The notes beneath the pieces are model-generated. The model had not been told where the DNA came from, searched no databases, and saw only the letters and a list, made by a program, of their open reading frames with translations. The translations under genes and the position numbers were made by a program. This document shows, in pieces, positions 55,501 through 64,000 of a DNA stretch of 64,000 bases. Location of the stretch: contig CM120640.1 of the NCBI GenBank assembly GCA_051362555.1, forward strand, positions 33,933,967 through 33,997,966. Reading direction: 5' to 3'. How positions within the stretch are numbered: position 1 is the stretch's first letter; each line of letters opens with the position of its first letter. This stretch comes from Lingula anatina. Taxonomy: Eukaryota > Animalia > Brachiopoda.

Positions 55501-58500
55501 AATATGCCTGTTTTGAAATGGGATCATGGCTCTTTTTGAGAAAATTACTTTAATTTGAAATCATTTGTTAAAACCACAAGGCTAGTTTTTTTGTCTGTAA
55601 TGTGTTTATATGATTTTTGTTTTAGATATAGACGACTGCGATCCAGATCCATGTGTCAATGGTGGAAACTGTACTGATCTGGTTCAGGATTACACATGCA
55701 CTTGTCCAGCAGGGTATACTGGGAAAAACTGTGAAATTGGTAAGAGTTATGAAGTATACATGTCTTGATATTTCATCACTTACTCTGAAAGGTGGGCACA
55801 CCAAATTAATATTCTAAATAGATTACTTTTGGTGTACAGAGATTTACAAGCAATTAAACCTATGAGAGTATACCTTAGAAAATAAGTAAATACATATACA
55901 TTACTACGAAGGATGTTTCATGGTATTTATGTTAATTTCAGACATTGATGACTGTGCTGAGAAGCCTTGTAAAAATGATGCTACATGCATTGACTTGGTG
56001 GCCTCATATAGATGCATATGTCTGCCAGGTTTTACTGGGAAAGACTGTGAAACAAGTAAGTAGCAAAACATGCCTGTTTTGAAATTGGATCATGGCTCTT
56101 TTTGAGAAAATTACTTTAATTTGAAATCATTTGTTAAAACCACAAGGCTAGTTTTTTGTCTGTAATGCTTTATATGATTTTTGTTTTAGATATAGATGAC
56201 TGCGATCCATATCCATGTGTCAATGGTGGAAACTGTACTGATCTGGTTCAGGATTACACATGCACTTGTCTGGCAGGGTATACTGGGAAAAACTGTGAAA
56301 TTGGTAAGAATTATGATGTATACATGCCTTGTTATTTCATTAGTTGATGTGAAAGGTGGGCACACCATTTTATTGGCCTTAAGTCTAAATAGATTACTTA
56401 TGGTGAAGAGATATTTATGAGCAATTGAAGCTTTGAGTCAATATCTTGGAAATGGGTAAATACATGTGCATTTCTACCCATATATTTCATGGTATTTAAT
56501 CCTTTTTTCAGATATTGATAACTGTGCTGAGAAGCCCTGTAAAAATGATGCTACATGCATTGACTTGGTGGGCGCATATAGATGCATATGTCTGCCAGGT
56601 TTTACTGGGAAAGACTGTGAAACCAGTAAGTAGTAAAGTATACTCTTTCTAAAAAGGGATCATGGCTATCTGTGAGAAAATTACTTTAATTTGAAATCAT
56701 TTGTTATAACCAGGATGTTAGTTTGTTTTCTCTGAAATGTGTTTATATGATTTTTGTTTTAGATATAGATGACTGCGATCCATATCCATGTGTCAGTGGT
56801 GGAAACTGTACTGATCTGGTTCAGGATTACACATGCACTTGTCTGGCAGGGTATACTGGGAAGAACTGTGAAATTGGTAAGACAGTAGTTATGAATTCAA
56901 AATGATATATAAGTTATTGAACTTCTGTGTATTGATACAGTATCTTGAATGTTTCTTAATTGATATCAAAATAATTTTTTTTCAGACATTGATGAGTGTG
57001 TAGACAACAACTGTCAAAATGATGCTGAATGTGTTGACTTGGTGGCTGGATATCAATGTGTATGCCTGCAAGGATTTACAGGGCAATATTGTGAAACAGG
57101 TAAGAGTTTAGAACCAACTTAATTACAGCCCACATTTTACAGGACAACATACTGTGCAAATACCCACAGTGTACACATTACATTACATAGCAAGGCAGAG
57201 AATAATACCATCTTTATTATCAGTACACTTGCTTAAGCTTGCAGTTTTGTCAACTACCAGTAGACTTTAATTGTGAACCCAGAAATAGATCTAAGAATTG
57301 ATCTTTATTGATATGTAACAATTGTACATTTTTCTTTAGTTATGAATTTAAAATGATATATAAGTTACTGAATACTAATATGAGTACTGATATCACGATT
57401 ATTATTATAACTTTCATATAATCATAATTAATTCATTTATTTACTATAATTTATAATGCATTATAATTATCAATACTTTTATATAGTCATAATTAATTCA
57501 TTTATTTACGATTAATTATAATAACCCAGGTGAGCACATAATGCTGTTGCAACGTGCTGCCTGCTTTGAATTTATGTATTTTGTATATATCATTATTGTA
57601 GAAATAAATCTGTTTTAAAAAAAAATAAGTTACTGAACTTCTGTGTATTGATACAGTATCTTGAATGTTTCTTAATTGATATCAATATCATTTTTTCAGA
57701 CATTGATGACTGTGTAGACAACAACTGTCAAAATGATGCTGAATGTGTTTACTTGGTGGCTGGATATAAATGTGTATGCTTGCAAGGTTTTACTGGACAA
57801 TATTGTGAAACAGGTACGAGTTTAGAACCAACTAAATTACAACCTACATTTTGCACGATCACATTCTGCACAAATACCCAAAGTGTGCACATTATGTTTT
57901 ATAACAAGGCAGAGAATAGTACCACTTTTATTATCAGTACACTTGTTAAAAGCTTGCACTGCTGTCAGCTACCAGTAGAATTAATTCTTACTCCTGGACA
58001 GTAATGGATCTGAGAAATTATCTTTATTAATGTACACATTGTAGATATTCTGTAGCTATGAATTGAAAATGATATATAAGTTACTGAACCTCATTGTATT
58101 ATATTATTAAGCTTATCTTTAATATCTCTTAATTGATATCAATATCATTTTTTTAGATATTGATGACTGTGTAGACAACAACTGTCAAAATGATGCTGAA
58201 TGTGTTGACTTGGTGGCTGGATATCAATGTGCATGCCTGCAAGGATTTACAGGGCAATTCTGTGAAACAGGTAAGAGTTTGTAACCAACTAAATAACAGC
58301 CCACATTTAACATGAATACATTCTGAACAAATACCCACATTACATTTCATAGCAAAACTGAAAATGACTCCATATATATAATTAGTACTCTGGCTTAAGA
58401 GACATTGATGCAGAATTAACATATACCTGCTACAGTTGTAATAAGACTGAATTAAAAGTCCAGTGAAAAATTGACTTTATTCATGTAAAAATTGTTTATA

Positions 58501-60376
58501 TTTCTGTATAATTTTATGAATTCAAATGAAACATAAGCTACTGAACCTGCATGTATAAATACAGTACCCAGAGTGTTTCTTAATTGATATCAAAATCATT
58601 TTTTCAGACATTGATGACTGTGTAGACAACAACTGTCAAAATGATGCTGAATGTGTTGACTTGGTGGCTGGATACAAATGTGTATGCCTGACAGGTTTTA
58701 CAGGGCAATACTGTGAAACAGGTAAGAGTTTGTAATCAATTAAAATACAGCCCACGTCTTACAGGTTCACATTCAGTACAAATAGCCAAAGTGTGCACAT
58801 AACATTACATGGCAAGACTGAGAATCATTCTGGCTCTATTCTCAGTATTCTGGATTAAGGTTGCACATGAAAGATTGGTGTCCTCAACTCAAACAACAAC
58901 AACACACACACACTTGATAAAAGAGCTATAGATATTTTTATACTTGTGACAATCACAGACAAGCTCCTGAACTTACATCTAATGGTTACCTAAATTGTTA
59001 GCTACCTGAATTGTTTCTTGGAATTATATTTCAGACTTTTTAAAATGAAACTCTGTAAAAATGATGCTACATGACTGTCTTGACTTGGTGGCCTTATATA
59101 AATGCATATGCCTCCAAGTTTAAATGTGCTCGCTTGAAAAAAAGAGTTTTGCCTCAGTATTTATTATGAAATTTTACAAGTCCGTGAACCTCCATCTGAG
59201 GGTTAATGTGTTGAACATTAATTCAGTTACCTAAAACATTTCTTTGTATCATTTTTCAGACATTGATGACTGTGCAGATAACAACTGTCAAAATGATGCT
59301 GAATGTGTGGACTTGGTGGCTGGATATAAATGCATATGCTTGCCAGGTTTTACAGGGCAATACTGTGAAACTAGTAAGTGCTAGTAACAGACTATAAGAC
59401 AGTGTGTGTGCTTGTCCAGCATTGTATGTACACTCTTATTTTTTGTCATAATTGAAGCCATTAACTATTTGGTATATCAGCTAGTTTACATCTTCACTTC
59501 TGATCAGTATTTACCCTTATTAGCAGAATGAAAAGATTGCAGCAATATTGCAGCAAAAGTGGCAAACTTAAATTTGCAGCAACGCGTTTGTAGGAGTTTG
59601 CAAGAAAAATTTTATTGCTGCTAATTTGCAACCATATTGCAGCAATATTGCAGCAAACCTGCTGGTAATTTGCAGCAGAACTGATATTTTTCTAAGGGTA
59701 GTTATCATCATGAAAAGCCTGTCTCTGACAAATTTTGGCATCGTGCTTCAGAGACAGTCTTATTGTTTGGTATTTGAAAGCAGCTCCTGCTGTAAACGTG
59801 AATAGATGGTATTTATTCACTAGCCATACTCATTTCTTTTGTAGATATAGACGACTGTGATCCATATCCCTGTGTCAATGAAGGAACCTGCACTGATCTC
59901 GTTATGGATTACTCGTGCTCTTGTGTAATTGGTTATACTGGCAAAAACTGTGAAACGGGTAAGATTTAGGACTTCAGGATAATTTCTTCATTTTGTTTGG
60001 CCAGTCATTCAGAACCAAATATTTTAAATGGAATCAAACATCAAATCCAAGTGCAGGAATGAGTGGAGCAATGATTCATGAGTGGGAGAAGCTGCTTGTT
60101 TTTCTCCAGGATAATTCATTTTGGTGGGTAAGAGTACTTTTAAAAGACGGTGCTTACAAATGAAGAAAAATTCTGAGACGTATGAAAATGTGAATGATAA
60201 TATGTGTTTTGTATATGTTTTTTTCAGATGAGAATGATTGTGACCCCAGTCCATGTCAACATGGCGGCACATGTGTGGACCAGCTAGGGTTCTATTACTG
60301 CTTATGTCCACCAGGGTACTATGGAGAACATTGTCAGATAAGGCGTAGGTACCAATATAATAATTCTGCTCCAGGT

Positions 60377-60439
<63 letters not shown>

Positions 60440-63400
60440 ACACTATCATGGTTTGTTTTCAATAGTATAAGAGATTGACAACGTGACAAAAAAATAACTA
60501 TTGTAAAAAAAACACAATTTATTTATTTTTAATACAAAAGTTTGTCTGTTAACTTTTAAAGGTAGTCAAAAATTTTGCCCCTTCCTTCCAAAATTATTCA
60601 ACCCATTTCCATTTCCTGTATGAGTGGTGGGCATCTCTCTCCTTTTAGATGATTCACCTCAACTTTTAATTAATAGCAACTTTTAATTAATAGCACCCTG
60701 TCAGTGCCTCGCTGTCGGCTCTTCTCACTCCACATACGATGGCCTGTTCATCTACTACCAGGGCATATGTAAGTATGTCCTGAGCCAGAAGTGTCCCGGT
60801 GCCGGAGGTGAACTACCAGATTACACTGTTTATATAAGAAAAACCTCCAGCGGAGTGCCTGGTGAATATGTGACCAGTGTGGAAATCCATGTGTATGGTT
60901 ATGTGATAAGCCTGCTCTGTGGCAGTATTGCAATGGTGAGTGTACATGTAGGTACCAAGTGTAGGCATTTGTGTACTTTTTGAATTAGTGCAAAAAAAAG
61001 ATTAAAAAAACAATGTTTTTTATTTTGTAATTTATGTGACCATTTATGTGTTTTGTGCAGGACTTACAAGTAGTTGATATTTTACACTACACTTGCACTA
61101 AACCTTTGTATTCATCAGTCAATTTATGAAGCATGGTTTCGTATTACCAAATTTGTATTACTAGTAATCCATTCTTGATGTTACTGATGTGGTGTCATGA
61201 TCTTATTATAAATCAAGAGTACATTTTTCTCATTTTCATTATTCTTGAATAGTGAATAATATAATGCTGTTTGGTTTTCTAATGAAGGTAAATGGCGCAT
61301 TGGTCAACACCCTGCCAGCAGTTCTTGGTAATGGGGCCATTACTGTCGACTTTACTGCTACACTAAATTTGAGAGTCACAGTAAACTTTGGCGTGAACAG
61401 TGAGCTGGAAGTCATATTTGACAGAATCAATGGTGTACAGGTTCAAGCACCCGACGCATATCGTGGCTCAATGTGTGGGCTTTGTGGCGACTGCAATGGG
61501 GTAGACTTGAATGATTTGAGGCTGCAGAATGGAACTGATGTTTCACATTTACCAACCAGTGAAGCCCATTCGCTCATTGGCACCAGTTTTGAACGTAGAG
61601 CCGAGTAAGTAACGTGTTCTTTGACAACTGGAAACCAATGGATGTGAAATAAAAAGCATACATTTGTTTTATTTAAGTTATACTCACAGATGTGAGATTT
61701 TTTCTAGTTCAGTTAGAATAATGAGGTTATATATTCGATCATTAATCTCAGGTTTATTTTAAGGTTTTATTCAACCAAATCACTCTGTCACCTTTATTTG
61801 TCACATTTTATTATTTATGTTGTGAACTATTTTAATTATAAACTAAAATGTGAGAAGCAGTTGTTACACTAGGGCACAAAAAATAATTTCTCCAACATTT
61901 ACATGCAATTTCTTAACTTCTAGGTGCCTGGGGACGACATATGATGAGCCAGAACCTTGCTCGTCAAACAATATGCAAGTAGTTACGGGTTCAGAATATT
62001 GCGGCCTTCTCAAGGATGAAGCAAACGTATTTAGCCAATGTCTTCAGAGCGGGTTTATGCCAACTGAAGCGGTAATGAACATATGGTCTGCTTGCACTAT
62101 GGAGAGTTGTTATGCTCTCCCTAACACCACTCAAGCCAGGAAGGTATCTTGCGATTTCTTGGACTATTTTGCACAAAGGTGTGAGCAGCTCGGTTTTTCA
62201 GTGACACCAAATGTGTGGCTAAATGTCACTCAGTGTGGTAAGAATTAATATTGTACACTTAAATGCATATCATATTTTCTAAATTTTACTTTTTCAGCTG
62301 TATATAGCTTCAAGGTCTCACAAGACTAATTATTTCAGTGTTTACTCTAAAAAAAAAGTTATCTAAATTTCTGCTTCATGTTATAATCTATTAGTTAATC
62401 AGTGCTTTGTGAACAAATGTTTACAAAATGCATGTTAACTTTGTGAATTCTAACATTATTGTAATAGCTAAGATATTATTGAATGGCATAGCATGTAACT
62501 CTGTTACTGTAATAGGTACCTGAATGAATTCAAACTTTCCTAACATATTACATGGTAATTGTGAAATTATCATAATGCAAGTAATGATATTTTCTCATTG
62601 AATAACTAATATCTCTTACTTTTCCCTTTTACATGAATATTTATTTACTCCAGTAATTTTTTGTCTCTACATCAATTAAACCATAGGTTCTGCACTTGTT
62701 CTGTGAGTTTGATGTTTTTATGTCCATAATAAAGTTTGCCTAATTATGTTTATTGAAGACTGCTTTGAAAATTTCCATATACCTTAATTTGAGATTACCT
62801 TTTTATTAAGGACCTTGAAGCATGGTAACCTAATGAGTTATTTCTGATTACTATGGGAACTTACACTTATGGGTTATTTTTGATTACTGTGGCAACATAT
62901 ACTGAAGTTTCTGGCATTTATCTCTGGAGATGTATCTCAGTTATTAATATTATTTTCCTCAGCAAAAGTCTGTGGCCCTTACATGACATACCAGGCCAGA
63001 GGCCCTGGCTGCCGGGACACTTGCGCGCACCCCAACGCAACTTTGAACTGCGAGGAGCCTCAGGAAGAGGGATGTTTCTGTGATGCTGGGATGGTGCTAA
63101 GTGGAAACATGTGCGTGCACAAAGAAGAGTGTGGATGTGTGGATGTACAGGGATCTTATCACGAGGTATATTTGTGTACCATTCTTGCTGGACTTTAAGG
63201 GGTGGCAAGAGAAAAGGGTTGTGAATTTTGGTTTGGGAAGCCTTCACATATCAGTGTATGAAACAATGAGATAGACTTAATTTGTTGAATTGCCTAAGTG
63301 CCCAGAATGTAAATTGTCTGATGTAGCCCAAAGTTTAGTGACTTTGCATAAAAACAAGTGTGATTTTGCAGGTTTTGGTTGAGAGTGGGTTTAAATTCAT

Positions 63401-63767
63401 GACAAAAAGTCCAGATTAGTATAATCAGGAAAAAGGCCTGATTGGTGATTTCTGAAATAAATGTATGTGCAGTATCTTATAGAAATATAGGGAAAAGGAT
63501 TGATTTAAATAATGTAACCCAAACTTTAAGTTTTTATGAAAAAAATATTTTCTTAATACTAAATAATGTTCTTTTGACAGCTGAATACAACATGGTTGTC
63601 AGTCGACTGTAGCATAAGTTATACATGTTCGAGGTTTGGCGCTGCTCAAGCTCAGATCATGGCTGTGGACTTTGGCTGCGGCCTCAATGCTCAGTGTGTG
63701 CTGAAGAATGGTATAAGAGGATGTCACTGTCTGCCAACTTATGTGGGCGATGGTCAAATATGCAATG
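26741..63767 (+). CDS. Gene 2 (3'-partial, ~85 exons in window): secreted zonadhesin/FCGBP/mucin-like protein, SP-EGF-[VWD-C8-TIL-TILa]-EGFx2-[VWD-C8-TIL-TILa-EGF]-EGFx67-[VWD-C8-TIL-TILa-EGF]-...
   Basis: aacATG with hydrophobic signal peptide; splice phases compatible across all exons; CGxCG VWD motifs, C8, TIL and Ca-binding EGF signatures; no stop in window. Confidence 0.87.
28396..28573. mobile_element. MITE with perfect 15-bp TIR
   Basis: CAGGCCCGTAGCCAG...CTGGCTACGGGCCTG; flanks AATCA/CATCA. Confidence 0.85.
29328..32561 (+). CDS. Gene 2 D-assembly 1 (VWD, C8, TIL, TILa)
   Basis: Exons 29328-29536, 30161-30480 ([10 protein letters not shown]), 30937-31214, 31823-32025, 32420-32561; junction phases 1/0/2/1/0/1. 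Confidence 0.87.
29710..30044. mobile_element. Kolobok-like non-autonomous DNA element
   Basis: TTAA-AGGGATAATAACTCT...AGAGTTATTATCCCT-TTAA (15-bp TIR, TTAA TSD). Confidence 0.8.
30729..30758. repeat. poly(A) tract
   Basis: ~30 consecutive A. Confidence 0.9.
32886..33648 (+). CDS. Gene 2: two EGF exons
   Basis: 32886-33014 ([27 protein letters not shown]) and 33532-33648 ([24 protein letters not shown]). Confidence 0.87.
33149..33464. mobile_element. Possible degenerate TIR element
   Basis: GAGGGTCCCATGGGG...CCCGCAGAACCCTC ends; flanks TTGATT/TTGATA. Confidence 0.4.
33835..34048 (-). mobile_element. Tourist-like MITE, inverted copy of the 23415 family
   Basis: Reverse complement aligns end to end with 23415-23629; TAA on both flanks. 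Confidence 0.88.
34531..38009 (+). CDS. Gene 2 D-assembly 2 (VWD, C8, TIL, TILa-EGF)
   Basis: Exons 34531-34799 ([14 protein letters not shown]), 35246-35553 (CGLCGDCDG), 36134-36441, 37116-37327, 37805-38009. Confidence 0.9.
36749..37034. mobile_element. Old foldback MITE with ~90-bp imperfect arms
   Basis: TTCCCATAACCTTATT..GGATCGATCTA..CAGCTTAATTGTCTG versus CAGACAATTAAGCTG..TAGATCTATCC..AATAGGGTTATGGGAA; related fragment 23087-23170. Confidence 0.7.
38152..38680. mobile_element. Kolobok-like degenerate element
   Basis: TTAA-AGGTACACTAT...ATAGAGTACCT-TTAT. Confidence 0.5.
38883..41177 (+). CDS. Gene 2: five divergent EGF exons preceding the array
   Basis: 38883-39023, 39288-39401, 40070-40183, 40684-40797, 41064-41177; phase 1-1. 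Confidence 0.88.
39406..39602 (+). mobile_element. Tourist-like MITE inserted in a 5' splice site
   Basis: g-TAA-[GACCCCATTTCCAGAG...GGGAATACAGCC]-TAA-gtgactgt; same family as 23633-23847. Confidence 0.87.
39628..39778. mobile_element. Hairpin/foldback element
   Basis: Arms 39641-39689 and 39709-39763 (AAAGTTTTCATTTATGATAGATCCAGATA..TACCTGTTGAC) are reverse complements. Confidence 0.7.
41437..56876 (+). CDS. Gene 2: array of 55 Ca-binding EGF exons (114 nt each, phase 1-1)
   Basis: 28 P-type exons ([27 protein letters not shown][L/P][10 protein letters not shown]) start at 41437, 42002, 42569, 43134, 43696, 44268, 44834, 45401, 45965, 46536, 47101, 47671, 48235, 48806, 49370, 49942, 50507, 51079, 51644, 52216, 52781, 53353, 53917, 54489, 55054, 55626, 56190, 56763. 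They alternate with 14 K-type ([38 protein letters not shown]: 41753, 42885, 43448, 44584, 45717, 46852, 47986, 49122, 50258, 51395, 52532, 53669, 54805, 55942) and 13 Q-type ([14 protein letters not shown]: 42324, 44018, 45156, 46286, 47423, 48557, 49692, 50829, 51966, 53103, 54239, 55376, 56512). Confidence 0.9.
41437..56882. repeat. Exon+intron satellite, ~1137-bp four-exon unit (two ~568-bp half-units), ~13.5 copies
   Basis: K exons recur every 1133-1137 bp; introns nearly identical. Confidence 0.97.
56986..60344 (+). CDS. Gene 2: seven EGF exons following the array
   Basis: 56986-57099, 57700-57813, 58157-58270, 58608-58721, 59260-59373 ([16 protein letters not shown] type), 59845-59958, 60228-60344. 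Confidence 0.88.
57373..57624 (+). mobile_element. Retroposed insertion (5'-truncated non-LTR-type) with 13-bp TSD
   Basis: ATAAGTTACTGAA at 57360-57372 and 57625-57637; AATAAA 57603-57608 then an A-run; paralogous introns (~56900, ~58070) show the empty site. Confidence 0.75.
59035..59126 (+). pseudogene. Decayed K-type EGF pseudo-exon
   Basis: tttcag|AC..CTCTGTAAAAATGATGCTACATGactgtcTTGACTTGGTGGCCTTATATAAATGCATATGCCT; indels, in-frame TGA, no donor. Confidence 0.8.
59514..59698. mobile_element. Small TIR element with TTGCAGCAA internal repeats
   Basis: TA-CCCTTA...TAAGGG-TA ends; repeated (T)TGCAGCAA motifs. Confidence 0.55.
60383..60435. repeat. (CA)n microsatellite
   Basis: Pure CA run. 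Confidence 0.95.
60694..63767 (+). CDS. Gene 2 D-assembly 3 (VWD, C8, TIL, TILa-EGF)
   Basis: Exons 60694-60935 ([26 protein letters not shown]), 61288-61604 ([10 protein letters not shown]), 61924-62237, 62963-63165, 63581-63767; same phases as assemblies 1 and 2. Confidence 0.88.
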
Positions 63768-64000
63768 GTATGTGCTGAAATGATAATCATAATTTGAATA
63801 AAAGGTGAAATGTTGTTTGGCATCATTTTCAAAAGCGTCTGTTTAAATAACATAAACAGTGTAGTACTACAACTATTTTTCGTTATGAAAATAATTGAAA
63901 GTTGAATGAAAAGCATTACACACACCCAAATGACAGATATTGCCAGAGACTGGTCATCTTGAGCTAGTTGTCACTGCTGTACCCAAATCTCTGTAGAGGT

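Noticed and set aside
41424-56420. Repeated 60-74 aa ORFs (MVCPPF... on minus, MVETVLIW... on plus) as a small-protein gene family
   Set aside because: They are antisense or off-frame shadows of the EGF exons, repeated only because the DNA is repeated.
41437-56876. Calling gene 2 Notch, fibropellin or crumbs
   Set aside because: The EGF repeats are embedded between VWD-C8-TIL assemblies, and no LNR, ankyrin, CUB, avidin or transmembrane segment is seen. No gene symbol was assigned.

Overview
AT-rich, intron-rich animal genomic DNA, probably a marine invertebrate. A lophotrochozoan origin is an inference from domain content. There is no prokaryotic, CRISPR or RNA-gene content. Two multi-exon + strand genes for giant cysteine-rich secreted proteins lie in tandem. 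Gene 1 is the 3' part only (479-17237): a TILa-EGF exon, 18 Sushi/CCP exons in two recently amplified ~1.385-kb arrays, a 12-nt microexon, three chitin-binding type-2-like exons (the third contains RKKR) and a C-terminal LamG3/pentraxin-like domain with a GC-AG intron, giving a Pif/BMSP-like tail. Gene 2 starts at ATG 26741 and runs off the window end: signal peptide, EGF, then three VWD-C8-TIL-TILa assemblies (zonadhesin/FCGBP/mucin-like, none with GDPH), with 67 consecutive single-EGF exons between the second and third assembly. 55 of those exons form a near-identical 15.4-kb exon+intron satellite. Introns and the ~9.5-kb intergenic region carry several MITE families, a Helentron-like end, a retroposed insertion, a minisatellite and decayed pseudo-exons. 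All exon boundaries were read by eye from splice signals and frame continuity; there is no transcript evidence. Most ORFs in the supplied track are exon read-throughs or antisense shadows.
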